In this document: piece by piece, positions 13,525-28,160 of the stretch
Numbering within the stretch: position 1 is the stretch's first letter
Layout: each line of letters opens with the position of its first letter
Assembly: GCF_009914755.1 (NCBI RefSeq)
Contig: NC_060936.1
Reading direction: 5' to 3' (one strand)
From: the human T2T-CHM13v2.0 reference genome, Homo sapiens
Length of the DNA: 64,000 bases
Program-made: the position numbers and the translations under genes
Notes under the pieces: model-generated
The model's input: the letters and a program-made list of their open reading frames with translations, nothing else
What the model was told of the DNA's origin: nothing
The model's database searches: none

Positions 13525-16160
13525 TAAAGATTTTAGTTTTTTAGTGCATTTTTGATTCACAGCAAAACTGAGGGGAAGGTACAGAGATTTCCCAGATCCC
13601 CTCCTTCCTCCACAGACAACCTCCCCCATTATCAATATCAGAGTGGTACTTTTGTTATAATACATAAACCTATATTGATGCACCATTATCACCCAAAGTC
13701 CACAGTTTACATTAGCGTACACTCTTGGTGATGTACATTCTGTGGGTTTGGGCAAATATATAATGCATGTATCCACTGTTAGTAGTATCATACAGAGGAG
13801 TTTCACTGCTCTAAAAAAATCCTCTGTGCTCTGCCTATTCATCCCTCTTTTCCCCTTAACCAGTGGCAACCACTGATCTTTTTACTGCTTCCACAGTTTT
13901 GCCTTTTTCAGAATGTCATATATTTGGAGTCATTTAATTAAGTAGCCTCATTAGATTGGCTTCTTTGACTTAGTAATATGCATTTGTTTCTTCCATGTCT
14001 TTTTATGGCTTATTGGCAGATTTCTTTTTAGGGTTCTGAATAATGTTTCATTGGATATGCACCAAATCTATTTTGTTCATTCAACTACTGAAGGACATTT
14101 TGGTTGCTTCCAAGTTTTAGCAATTATGAATTAAGCTGCTATAAGAATCCCTGTGCAAATTTTAATGTAGACATACAAATTTTTAACTCCTTTGGGTAAA
14201 TGCTGACGAGCATGATTGCTGGATTGTATGGTAAGAGTATATTTAGTTTTGTAATAAACCGCCGAACTGTTTCCCAGAATGGCTGTGCTATTTTACATTT
14301 CCACTAGCAATGAATGAGAGTTGCTGTTGCTCCACATCCTCACCAGCATTGGGTGTTATAAGTGTTTTGGATTTTGGCCATTCTAATAGATATATAGTGG
14401 TATCTTACTGTTTTTGTTTGCATTTCCCTGATATGTGATATGGAATATCTTTTCATATGCTTATTTACTCATCTGTGTATCTTTGATGAAATGTCTGATA
14501 AGGTATTTGGTCCATTTTTAAATTGGGTTGTTTGTGTTCTTATTGCTGAATTTTAAGAGCTATTTGTGTATTTTGGATAATAATCCATTATTGGATATGG
14601 GTTTTGCAAATATTTTCTTCCAATCTGTGCTTTATCTTTTTATTCTCTTGACAGTGTCTTTTGCAGAGTAGAAAGTTTTAATTTTAATGAAGTCCAGCTT
14701 ATCTGTTCTTCCTTTCATGGATCATGCCTTTGGTGTCATTTTTAAAAAGTCATTGCCAAATCCAGGGTCATCTACATTTTCTCCTATGTTATCTTCTCAT
14801 GGAATTTTAGTTTTGGATTTTACATTTAGGTCTGTAATCCATTTTGACAGAATTTTAATGAAGAGTGTAAGGTCTATGTCTAGATTCATGTTTTTGCACG
14901 TGAAGGTCCAGTTGTTCAGCACAATTTATTGAAAAGTCTATCTTTTCTCCATTATATTTCCTATGCTCCTTTTCAAAAATCAGTTGACTGTATTTATATG
15001 GGTCTGTTTCTGGGTTCTCTATTCTGTTTCTTCATCTGTTTGTCTAATCTTTTGCAGATATCACACTACCTTAATTGCTATAGCTTTATGGTAAGTCTTG
15101 AAATCAGGTAGTGTTAGTCCTCCAACTTGTTCTTGTCTTTCAATATTGTGTTGGCTATTCTGGGCCTTTTGCTTCTCCTTATAAACTTTAGTTTTTACAT
15201 TTTAAAATGGACTTTTTAAGAATTTATTTTTAATTGACAAATAATAATTGTGTATATTTGGGATACAGTATACATGTAAACTTTAGAATCAGTTTTTCAA
15301 TATCACAAAATAACTTGCTGGGATTTTGATAGGAATTGCACTGAATCTGTATATCAAATTGGGAAGAACTGACATCTTGGCAGTATTGAGTCTTTTTATC
15401 CGTGAACATGGAATATCTCTTATTTAGTTATTTGGTTTCTTTTATCAGAGTTTTATAGTCTTCCTCATATAAATCTTGTACATAGTTTGTTAGATTTATA
15501 CCTAAGTATTGTATTTTTGGGGGTGTTACTGTAAAAGGAGTGCATTTTATTTTCAATTTTCACATATTCATTACTGGTATGTAGGAAAGCAATTGACTTT
15601 CATATTTTTTTAATCCTGCAAGCTTGCTATAATTGCTCATTCCGCGAGGTTTTTTTGGTCCATTCTTTTGGATTTTCTCCATAGAAAATCATGTTATCTA
15701 TGAACAAAGACAGTTTTTTTTTTTTCTTACCTCTTATTTTTTTTCTTGTCTTAATGTGTTAGCTAGGACTTTCAGTACAGTGTTAAAAAGGATTGGTGAA
15801 AAGTGATGTTCTTTCTTTATTCCTGATCTTAGTGGGAAATCTTCAAATTACGTGTCATTAAGTAGGATGTTAGCTGTAGTTTTTTTTGTAGATATTCTTT
15901 ATCAGATTGAAGATACTCTCTCTTTATTCCTAGTTTGCTGAGTTTTTATGATAATGAGTGCTAGATTTTGCAAAATGCTTTTTCTGCACATGTCGATAGG
16001 TTCATGTGATTTTTCTTTTTTAGTCTGTTAATGTATTGGATTACATTAATGAATTTTCAAATATTGAACCAGCCTTGTATACCTGAGATAATCCCACTTG
16101 GTCACAGTGTATAATTTCTTTTTATATATTGTTGGATTTGATTTGCTTGTGTTTTGTGTC
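13525..16160 (-). mobile_element. L1M (MB/MC-type) 3' portion
   Basis: Continuous reverse L1 3'UTR and ORF2 similarity. Confidence 0.8.
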
Positions 16161-16406
16161 AGCAAATATATTATATAAAAAATAAACATTTAAAAATAAT
16201 CTTTTAAATAAATAGGAAATATAAAAATGTAGCATTTTCTGTTGTATATAATATTTGCTAGCAGAAAACAATTGAGGTATACTTGATTAAAGTGTTTTTA
16301 AGAATTCTTTTTCAATGAGCATTTTATTTAGTTAATAAAAATTTGATTTGTTTATAGTTGTTCTGAAAAAATTTGATTATGGTAAATGCTACATAAAATT
16401 TACCAT

Positions 16407-17034
16407 TGAAGCAGCATTTTTATCTGGGGTAATACCTGAGGTTGGTTGTTCCACAACTACAGAAAACTAGGATACAGACAACCAGAGTGAGGTTAAGAGT
16501 GGAAGTTTAATAGGCAAAAGAAAGAGAAGAGCTCTCTGTGCAGAGAGGGGTCCCAGAGAAAATGGGTTGCCAGTTCTGTGGTGTAATGTACAGGGTTTTA
16601 TAGATTAACTTGAGGAGGCAGTGTTTGATTTGCAGAGGGCACGGAAGATTGGTCGGACCAGGCGTGCCTTTTGCATAAAGCATGTAGAAGCTGGTGGCCC
16701 CACTTTAATCTTTTATTATGCAGATGTTTCTCTACTTGGCCAGTGCCATGTTGCCTGCCTCTTTTACTAGACACATGGTGACAAAGAAAAGGGAAGATGA
16801 AGGCTCCGTTGTGAACATACCTGACTTCCAGGTAGCCCTTTTCTACTGGCACAGCTGCTGGCATTCACTCATGCAAGCTTCTAGCTTGCTTATCTATGTC
16901 TGCAGCTTGAATTTTCAGGCTGCTCTTTGTTAGAAGTGATTTGGGGGCTGCTTTCTATTAAAAGGGAGTCCTTACCGAGAACTCCTTTACCCTCACTATC
17001 TGCCTAAATCATTTCTTTCTGGCTCCAGTTGTCA
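16407..17034 (-). mobile_element. ERV1 solo LTR (MER50-like)
   Basis: TG...CA termini, perfect 4-bp TSD CCAT; same family as 59563-60456. Confidence 0.8.
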
Positions 17035-17039
17035 CCATC

Positions 17040-19190
17040 TTAACCATTTTTTAAAAAGTACAGCTCAATAGTGTTATTGCATTCACATGGTTGTGCAACT
17101 AATTTCCTAACATATTTTTTTTTTATAATGTAAAACTACAATTCTATCCCCTTTTTTTTTTTTTTTTTGAGACAGAGTCTCGCCATGTCGCCCAGCCTGG
17201 TGTGCAGTGGTGCCTCCCAGGTTCAAGTGCAATCTCTGCCTCCCAGGTTCAAGTGATTCTCCTGCATCAGCCTCTCGAGTAGCTGGGACTATAGGTGCCC
17301 ACCACCTCGCCCTGCCGAGTTTTGTATTTTTTAGTAGAGACGGGTTTCACCATGTTGGCCAGGCTGGTCTCGAACTCCAGACCTCAGGTGATCTGCCCAC
17401 CTCGGCCTCCCAAAATGCTGGGATTACAGGCGTGAACCACCACGCCTGGCCAATTCTATGCTTTTTAAACAACAAATCTTCTTTCCTTCCTCCAGCCCCT
17501 GGCAACCGTCATCTACTTTCTATCCCTAGGAATTTGACTACTTAGGTACATCATGTTAGTGGAATCATGTAATGTTTGTCTTTTTGTGACTGGCTTATTT
17601 CACTTAGCATGAACACTTCAAGGTTCATTTATGTTGTATAGCATGTGTCAGAATTTTCTTTTTCTTTCAAGGCTTAATAATATTCCTTTGTATTTATATA
17701 CTACGTTTTGTTTATTCATCCATGGATGTATACTTGGGCAATAGTCACTTTTGGCTATTGTGAATAATGTTGCTGTGAACATGGATATGTAAATATGTTT
17801 TTGATACCCTGCTTTCAGTTCTTTCGGGTGAATGCCCAGAAGTGGAATTGCTAGATCATAATGGTAATTCTGGTTTTAATTATTTGAGGAACCACCATAC
17901 TGTTTTCTGTAATAGCTGCACCATTTTATATTCCCATCAACAGTGCACAAGGGCACCAGTTTCTTTACATTCTTACCAATAGTTATTTTATTTTTGTAGT
18001 AACCATTCTAATGGATATGAGGTGGTATCACATTGTGCTTTTGATTTGCGTTTGCCTAATGAGTAGTAATGTTGAACATATGCTTATTGACCATTTGTTT
18101 ACTTTTTCTAGAGAAACACCTATTCAAGTCCTTTGCCTATTTTCTCATGGGGTTGTAATTTTTGTTGTTGAGTTGTGGGAGTTTGTTATATGTTCTGAAT
18201 ATTAACTCCTTGTTAAATATATGATTTCCAAATATTTTATCTCATTCTGCAGGTTTCTTTTTCAGTCTGTTGATTGTGTCCTTTGGTGCGTAGTTTTTAA
18301 TTTTGATGCGGTAGAGTTTATTTTTACTTTTGTTGCCTGTGCTTTTGGTGTCATATCCAAGAAATCATTGCCAAGTATCCAGTGTGATGAAGGTTTCCCC
18401 CTATGTTTTCTCATGAGAGTTTTAATAGTTTTAGTTCTTACATTTAGATCTTTGGTCCATCTTGAGTTAGTTTTCATATATGGTGTAAGGAAAGGGTCCA
18501 GCTTCATTCTTTTGGATGTGGATATCTAGTTTTCCCAGTACATTTTGTTGTCCTTTCCTCATTGTTCTTCTTTTCCCGTTGTTGTCCTTTCCTCATTTAA
18601 GGTTCTTGGCACCCTTGTTGAATACTGTTTGTATAATTGTGGGTTTGTTTTTGGGTTCTCTGCTCTATTCCATTTATCTGTATGTTTTTCTTTGTGACAG
18701 CACCATAATGTTTTGATTACAGTGGCTTTGTGTAATAAGTTTTGAAATCAGGAAGTGAAAGACTTCCAACTTTACTCTTCTTTTTCAATGTTATTTTAGC
18801 TACTCGGGTCCCTTGAGAGTCCATGAATTTTAGGATAGCTTTTTCTTTTTCTGCAAAAATTGCCTTTGGGATTTTGGTAGGGATTGCACTGAATCTGTGG
18901 ATCACTTTTGGTGGTATTGACATATTAACAATATTGTTTTCCAATCCATGAACATGGGGTGTCTTTCTGTTTATTTGTGTATTTAATTTTTTTCAGCAGT
19001 GTTTTATTATTTTCAGTTTACAAGTCTTTCACCTCCTCAATTACGGTTATTCCTGAGTATTTATTTCTTTTCGATGCTATCGTAAATGGAATTGTTTTCT
19101 TAATTTCCTTTCTAGATTGTTCATTGTTAGTGTAAAAGTGCAACTGATTTTTGCGTATTGATTTTCTGTTCTGCAACTGCTGAATTTGAT
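17040..19190 (-). mobile_element. L1MB-like fragment with nested Alu
   Basis: Minus ORFs resemble L1 ORF2 ([16 protein letters not shown]). Confidence 0.85.
17152..17450 (-). mobile_element. AluS with small internal rearrangement
   Basis: Reverse Alu; gcctcccaggttcaagtg duplicated; TSD-like caattctat. Confidence 0.9.
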
Positions 19191-19427
19191 TTTTAGTAAA
19201 AACTGTAAATTTTCTTAAAATCATTCTTTACAAATTTCATGCTTTGTTCAGTCCTTATTTATAAAAAATTTTAGATGAGTATGGAACTTGTGATTAGGCC
19301 ATAGTTAATTTTTTAAATCTCTTCACAGAGCCTAGTTTTTAAGTATATAGGTGGCTGCCATGGTTACAATTGAAGTGTACTTATTTCCATGAGAAGATTT
19401 GTGTTGTAAATCAACTTCCTTCCTTTC

Positions 19428-19727
19428 TGCTATGATCTGAATATTTGTGTTCCCTCAAAAACCTTTTGTTGAGACCTGATTCCAATGAAATAGTATTAAG
19501 AGGTGTGTCCCTTTGGCAATATTAGTCATGGGGTAGAGCTCTCATGAATGGCATTAATGCCCTTATAAAAGAGGCCCAAAGAAATTTACTTGCCCCTTCT
19601 ACCATGTGAAAATGCAGCAAGAAGGTGCCATCTGTAAGGAACATAACTATGAGAAAGAAATTTATGTCATTTATAAGCTACCTTGTTTATGGCATTTTTG
19701 TTAAAGCAGCCTGAAAGGACTAAGACA
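19428..19727 (+). mobile_element. MaLR solo LTR (MST/MLT1A-like)
   Basis: tgctatgatctgaat... start and gactaagaca end. Confidence 0.75.
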
Positions 19728-20440
19728 CTTTACATGTTAATTTTGTTATATAAAAGATAAAAAAGACCAGTAATTCTGAGACCTGTAGATACTGGCTTGA
19801 ATTCTGGAGTGTGAGAAGAAGATGATGTGGCTTTATTATCAAAGAATAGGCAGTATTTTAAATGGATGCTCATTTGGTTTTTGTATAAGAAAACATTACT
19901 TTTGTTACAATTATTAGTACATGAGATTATTAAAAATCCAAAATAGATTTTAATCCACCTGACAATAAACCTAATAGTGGAAGACTTCTCTGGTCTTATG
20001 GTGAATTTCTAAATGTATTCCAGGTCTGTTGCTAAGATAACTGACTCTAATTTAGAATATACCTGTTAAGTACCTCCTCTAAGTTCTGACCACAAGAACA
20101 GATCAAAGAATAAGACAGTCTTTGTCCCTTGAAGGATATCTTAGTGGTTGTATTTATCAATTGTATTAATAAAGCAATCTTTATTATTATTATTGCTATT
20201 CTATTTTGAATTGTATAGGAAGATGCTAACATTTTAATTAACAATATATCATCTTATGTGGCAGATGTTTTAAAATTATATAAAAGTAATTCTCATTTTA
20301 GCTGTAATTTTAGAAATTTGTTCAAAGGAATAATTGTATTTGATACATTTTTAATAAAAATCACTATACTTGGAAAAATTTTACCTCTGTCACTCCATGA
20401 CTTGTGTGCATTCAATCTTTCTATTGTAACTTGTAGGAAG

Positions 20441-20752
<312 letters not shown>

Positions 20753-20775
20753 TGAAATGGCAAGTTAGTCTATAG

Positions 20776-21098
<323 letters not shown>

Positions 21099-23958
21099 CT
21101 ATAGGATATTTGTATATGAATCTGTATGTGAAGTTCATATTGTCATTATTGAATTTTAAAGTTTAAATAGATCAAATTTTTTGTAGATGTTAATTTTTTT
21201 TCCTGGTGTTTGGGGACATATGACATTAGATCTGAAAGATAACTTCAAAACTATATAACAGGCCAAATATTTTGATTCCTTGTAAGGAACCCAAAAACCA
21301 GATGAATTATTTGTTTAAGTTCATAATGCAAATACAGTGGCAAAGTCACAATGAAAACCCAACTAATTTTGTGCAGCGTTATAGGGGTGTTCTATAGTGA
21401 TACAACTTGGCCTTTGCATCACATTATCAGTTCAAATCCTAGCTTAGCTCGTTAGCTACCTTCTTGCTAGAAAAGGCAAGACTTTCAAAATTAGTTAATA
21501 CTTTCTCTTCTAGCAGCTATTGATGTTCAACAAATTTCATTAACCTGTAAATGCCCCTTGGAGTTGTGGCCATACTGTTTTATTCATTTTTTAAGTATTT
21601 ACAGTAGAATTGTCATTTCAGTTACTATAAGCTGAGTAACTGGACAGCTTCTAAGATTACATTTTTTTAATACACAGAAAATTCAGGTAATTTAAAAACT
21701 GCTTTAGATTCATCTTGAAATATATATTTGCTCTGGAATGACCATATTGCAGCATGATTCTCATGAACTTCAAAATACTTTATTTAAAAAACAACTTGAG
21801 GCAGCAAAAGTATTATAGTTGTCTGACTTTATCCGTGTGATGTGCAGGGCCTCCTTGTCTTCTGATCTCAGTAAACTTACACTGATTGTTTCAGATCAGA
21901 AGAGCAGAAACGGCTTAGTTCTAAAGAGACTGTTTGGAAAACATTTCCAAATAACTGCAGCACTTGGATGACTACTTCCCTGAGTTTTGCTTATTCACTG
22001 AAAGCAGAACTACTGTGCCGAGCCCTCCAGTGACATGGGCCTTCTGCTCTCCCAGACATTTGCCTCTCTTCACACCTGTTCTGAATCCAGCATGGAGCAG
22101 ACGAGAAGTCATGGAGTTCTGACAGTTCCAGCACGTGTGTCCCCTTTGCAAAGGGGAAAATTACGTTTTGTAAGAGACCCCAAATCAGGGTCTCTTATAA
22201 ACCCTGGGGTAAAACTATTAGAAATGATATTATTTTTCATTTATTTAAAAAAACCACAGCAAATAAAATCTGTTAGAGTTAAATATCTGTGACGCCCTCC
22301 TAAATCATCTGTTTCATTTCAGTAAATATTTCTAAGATATAATATTCTGTTGACATAGATTGCCCCTTGTGTTTCATGTAACACAGATTGTATCTTTCTT
22401 CAAGCTTTTTGTTTCCTCCTCTTCTCTGAAGTTTTAAAACCAGTTTTAACTGGCTTACAGTGTGTGTGTGTCTGTGTGTGCATGCGTGTACATGCATGCA
22501 TTTGCACTTTCCTTTGTTTTGATTTTATCACCACCTGGCCTTTCCATCAAGTTGCCTGGTGCTTAAGTACCACAGTTCATTTGGGCTTAGCTTTCTGCCT
22601 ATATATGAGACTAACATAAAAATAGATTTGTTTTCTGTATTCTTGTGGACATGAGTGTATGGTCTTAGGGAAGGTCATTCAAAATGATTTAGTTTATAAA
22701 AATAAATGTTTATTTACTCATTTGTTTGAGAGGTATGAACCAAAGTACACATATATAAAAAGGTTATGGATTTTAATATTTTAATGTATTAGATTAAAGA
22801 TGAGGCTAATACTGTTGCTTGAGGATGATAATTTGACAATTTACAGTGGCATAAAGGAGAAAGAATTTATTGGTACTTGTAATTGAGAATACTGAGTTCA
22901 AACATGGGGTAAATCCAGGGACTGTAACAATGTCATTAGGAATATCACTTTATTCTGTTTATTCTTTTACCTTTTTTTTTTTCTCACAAACTTTCCTTAG
23001 GACTATCCATAATGATAATCAGTAGGTTTCTCTAACCGGTTTAACCACCCCAGGGGGAAAATTTTCCTAATTTTTCTAATAGCTTCAAACAAAGTTGATA
23101 GCTTCAATAAAATTAGGATTAAGTCTCTGGCTTAGCTTGGGTAATATGTGCTGAACCAGTCACTGTGGCCTGAATGATAGAATGCTCTGAGCAAGTCAGG
23201 GTCATATGTTCACTTACTACTGAAGTGAGTGATGCAGTTAGGATTGAGATCAGCTCTGTAGTAATGACATGAACTAAAAGTAAGAGTGATAGAAGTTTCT
23301 CCAAAAGAAAATAAGGACTCTTTAGTTACTAGGAATGAGATAAAAACAAGAATATTCACAATAGTATAGAAACATAATAATAAAAATGTGTTATTTAATG
23401 ATTGATACAATACTAGATTCTCTGTGGGCCTTACTTAAGTGGCTTTCAAATGTTTTTGCATATTAAAATCACTTGGGAAGGTTTTAAATATCTCAGTGTC
23501 CTGGCTGCACACCAGGCCAGTTAAATCAGAATTTCGTTAGTACCTAAGCCTGTGTAATTTGTTTTGAAGTTCCTTAGGAAAATCATGCTAACAAGAACTA
23601 GGTAGACAGATCTGGTAGAGTCAAGGTTCAAAAAGAGGGATTTCAGGGGACAGAGAAGTTCACATGGGAGAAGCAGGATCCAATGGAGAGAACAGAGGGG
23701 CCTCAAAGAGAGAGAGAAAGAAGGACCTCCAGCCTAGGAGGTACCTATCAAAAGAAGCGTGGGACTCCAATCTAGTTTCAGAGAGTACACTCAAAATCTT
23801 AAGTATCAGAATTCTTGCCAGCTTCAGTGTATGTTCAGTGGTTCAGGAATCTGACTCACCAGTGGATCCCCATTAATCAGTCAGACGTGAATTCAAAGGT
23901 GCAAACATAGGGTCCTGGGTCCAGTGATGAATCTGATTCTGAGTCACAGCACCATAAC

Positions 23959-24418
23959 TGTTAAAGAAAAAATTACTCAGTGATACTTGTTAAAGCATGA
24001 TAAGGCTGACTTTCTTCAGAATCATTGAGATATAGGTATAGGGGCCACAGCTGTGGGATTTTGGAATTGGAGAAGAGAGACTGGGCCCAACTCCAAATAC
24101 AGCATGGGCAAGTGGGAATGTATACCCAAGGAGCAGGGTCGGGGTTGGCGGATGGAAAATTAAGAGTAACATCAAAGTAAGGGGTTTCTGGGTAAAACAA
24201 CCTAATGATTCTTGCTGAAGATGGCCAGAGTAATCAGAGTAATTAATTTGGGGAATGGTGAAGGATAAGGAACCTGATCAGATATCAAGGGTGGGGGTAC
24301 TCTTGCTAAACTGACTCAGTAGGGTTCTTGCTAAAACTGGTTTTTACAAGAGAGAGCACAGGTAGGTCTACAAGAAGATTCGGGAGACTGACTAAAGTTT
24401 CATCAAGAATCTTTGTCA
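23959..24418 (-). mobile_element. ERV1 solo LTR (MER31-like)
   Basis: Reverse complement begins tgacaaaga...aaactttagtcag as in remembered MER31; TG...CA termini. Confidence 0.65.
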
Positions 24419-24477
24419 GGAGACATGACCTTTATGATACTTAAGTTTTTCTTTTTATGCGGTTTTGTTTTAAACAG

Positions 24478-24618
24478 GCTAATAGCTCGTCAGCTTGCTA
24501 AAATCCATGCTATTCATGCACACAATGGCTGGATCCCCAAATCTAATCTTTGGCTAAAGATGGGAAAGTATTTCTCTCTCATTCCCACAGGATTTGCAGA
24601 TGAAGACATTAATAAAAG
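24478..24618 (+). CDS. ETNK1: ETNK1 coding exon 3 (LIARQLAKIHAIHAHNGWIPK...EDINK)
   Basis: ttttaaacag acceptor, AAG|GTAAAA donor; 141 nt, phase 2-2. Confidence 0.97.
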
Positions 24619-24949
24619 GTAAAATTATTTTTACATTTGAAATTATGTTTTACATTGCTTTGCTCTATGATAGGGTTTCAAAGGTAATTGTAAAGTTTCA
24701 TTGTATAAAATCTGGTTTTCTTTCTTTGCATTGAAGTAAAGTAAGCATTGATTCTTTGGCTGTCAGATAGCACTACAGAAATAACTGCCTCTCCATCCCC
24801 CTCAGTGTCCCCTCCCAAAAAATATGCCCTACAACAGCAAGGGGCAGAGGTGGAAGTAGGGGAACACCACTTAAAAATAAAGAGGTAGGTGGTAATGGTG
24901 AAGCAAGATTTTTCTTGACTTTTTAAGATACTGCAGGGTTGAGAGGCAA

Positions 24950-25200
24950 GTCTAGTATTATATAGAATAAGAGCACAAGAGCCTGGAGCCAAACTGAGAT
25001 TAAATCTTAGTCCTGCTAGTTAACATTTCTGTTGTGTAACTCATTCAACTAGGGAACTTAACCTAACTGTTTCCTTATCTATAAAATGGAAATTACAGTA
25101 GTAGTATATTAACCATATAGAGTTTTTGTGAGGATTGAGATAGTATATGTAAAGTTCTTTAAAACAGTGCCTGGTCATCACTTAAGTGTTGAGGTAGCTG
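24950..25200 (+). mobile_element. MIR
   Basis: gtttccttatctataaaatgg...gtgaggatt...acagtgcctgg core. Confidence 0.7.
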
Positions 25201-26526
25201 CTGTTTTAAAAATTACTATTGTTATTCAAAGAAGGTTATTTGAGTTATATTTTTTCCCTAGGCTCTCCAAGGTATACTTTAAATCCTTGAGGTTAATGAT
25301 TCTTTGGAAAAGCTGGAGGTGTGCTGTGGTAAATAATAGGAAGAAAACCCTTGCCCCAATAGAAAATAATACAACTAGAACATAAAACACAATTAAAATA
25401 TTAAATACATTTTGTATTTCTTTTATTCCATTTTGTTTGTTCATGATTTAAGTTTTATAATCCTTCGAATCCCACAATTTTCATTCGACACTACCTTTAA
25501 AAAAAAAAAAAAAAAAAAACACCGCAGTTTTGACCAGTCATACCATTTTGAAAAGAGCATTATGAGGATTACTTGTGGAAGTTGTATGTAGAGAAGAATA
25601 CAGTAGTGGAGAAAATATAGGTAGAAACCACCTGAACAGGCAAATTAAGTAATGTAAAAAGAATCTGTATTATACTGTTAATGGAGAAGCAGGGAGTAAT
25701 TTGAGAGACTTTGGAGAAAGAATCAAGAGGTCATGACTTAAAGTATTAAGGGAAGGAGTGAAGGAGTATAGCCGTTTTGTAAGCCTGATTGGTGCTATTG
25801 AGGAATTAGTGGTAGTAGCCCAATTTTGTTTCCTTGATTTTTTAATCAAATTAATACAAGTATAGATAATAATCAGTATAGATGAGGATAGGACAAAAAG
25901 TCGCGATTTCTAGTCCAGCTTACCATGTTGCCTCCCACCCTTCACAGTCTCACTACTCTGTGGCAATTTCTATAATAGTTCTGTTTTTAACATAACTGGA
26001 TTATATAAGGATAACTTTATTTTTTATCAACTGTAGACAGTAATCTTTTGACTTTTCTGAGAATTTAGATTTATATTGCATTCACCCTTTCAACCTTGAA
26101 ATATGTATTTTTAATTTTTAAAATAATTTTTGTAACTTTAAATAATATACTTAAACCTCTATTTATTAAATGCTTTGTGTCTTAGTTTTGTCATCTATAA
26201 AATTGACATAAATGTAAATTACTTAGAATAGTACTTAGTAATTGTTAACTATTACCTATATATATTACTTAGAAACCCAAGTTTTTAGTGAGTTTTTTAA
26301 CTTTTGTCCTACATTTTAATTGCTGCTCAGTTTCTTCTATTCATGTCTAAACTTACTATATAGGTTTTCTTTATTCTAACTTTTGAAATAGAATAATTGG
26401 TCTGTTGTTTGAATTCAGCAGTATGTGCGATTAAATTGAAGGGATTTATTCAAAATAGATTTTAATCCTTAATCAAACTTGAAAAAAATGTCACACAAGA
26501 TATAACTCTTCTTTTAAAACTAAAAG

Positions 26527-26669
26527 GTTCCTAAGTGATATCCCAAGCTCTCAGATTCTCCAGGAAGAGATGACTTGGATGAAGGAGATTCTTTCCAACC
26601 TGGGCTCACCTGTTGTGCTTTGCCATAATGACCTATTGTGTAAGAATATAATCTACAATGAGAAACAAG
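26527..26669 (+). CDS. ETNK1: ETNK1 coding exon 4, Brenner phosphotransferase motif (CHNDLLCKNII)
   Basis: actaaaag acceptor, AAG|GTAGGT donor; 143 nt; frame continuous with exons 3 and 5. Confidence 0.96.
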
Positions 26670-27529
26670 GTAGGTATTTGACCTTAGCAGTAAGTAAAAT
26701 TGATTTCTTTTATGTTCTTAATGGTCATTTTATCTCTATATCAACAAAATAAATTCAAATGCAAGGAGTAAGAGCGTGCATGAAACCTTTAAAGATTTTC
26801 TTTTAGTTTATCAAGTTATGGTAACTGTGAAATTTAGGATATATATTCTTTTTATATTTGTATAAAATATGTTTTTTAGAATTGGTTAGAAACAGTTTGT
26901 GATTTCCATGGGATTTTTAGGTATAAAATGATGAAATGATTTGTTTATAAATTTAATTGCAAAACTTATTTGGTTATTCATGAGTTGAACATGTACCTGC
27001 TTGTAATGGGGGATGTGGAAAATCAACATATTGACATTAAACTGCTTTATAAATAGAAAAATTTTCTCACAGTGTTGGGAAGGACAACAGTATTAAAAAC
27101 AAATGTGTCTCCAGGTTTCTCATTATCTAGTTATTGTTGATTTGTTAGATATTTTGATACTAAGGAGAGAGCTACAGATGGAGGAGATATTATTTGTAGT
27201 TGCTCAAATTTATATCTACTAAAGTAATCAAGAAACCTTGGTAGATAATTTCAACATTTTTTGAGGTAGACTGATACTTTTTGGTGAAATGTTTTTGTGT
27301 TTATATTTGTACACTGTATTCAATTTCTGTTTTCATATTTAAGAACCACTCGGTTGTATTATATTACTGGGTGAAGTGGTTTGAGGTTTGGTTGCTAAAT
27401 GATAGATGCCCTTCAATGCTAAATTGAAATTTAAAAATAAAATTTTGGTTGAAGGAGTCTTACTAACTTAAAAAATGTTTTTGAAACTGTTTTCATTTTA
27501 TAGGAAACTAGTTCCCCGCACCCCCCCCC

Positions 27530-27849
<320 letters not shown>

Positions 27850-27854
27850 TTTCC

Positions 27855-28160
27855 TTTTTTTTTTTTTTTTTTAAGTGACTGGATCTCAGTATGTCACCCA
27901 GGCCTGGAATGCAGTGGTGTAATCATGGCTCACTGCAGCCTTCAACTCTTGGGCTCAAGCAGTCCTCCTGCCCCAGTCCCCTGAGTAGCTGGGACTACAG
28001 GTACATGCCATCATACCTGACTAATTTCAAAATTTGTTTTTGTGGAGATGGAATCTTGCTCTGTTGCCCAGGCTGGTTTTGAATTTGTGGCCTCAAGTGA
28101 TCCTCCTGCCTTGGCCTCCTAAAGTGCTGGGATTACTGGCGTGAGCCACTGTGCCTGGCC
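27855..28160 (-). mobile_element. AluJ
   Basis: Diverged reverse Alu. Confidence 0.88.

Noticed and set aside
21780-22300. Non-repeat, moderately GC-richer intron 2 segment with E-box CACGTG (22132)
   Set aside because: Could be an enhancer, but a single hexamer is not enough evidence from sequence alone.
24611-24616. AATAAA inside exon 3
   Set aside because: Encodes Asn-Lys and abuts a 5' splice site; no independent evidence of cleavage.
26466-26473. TCCTTAAT resembling a U12 branch point
   Set aside because: Intron 3 donor is GTAAAA, not GTATCCT, and the motif is too far from the AG.
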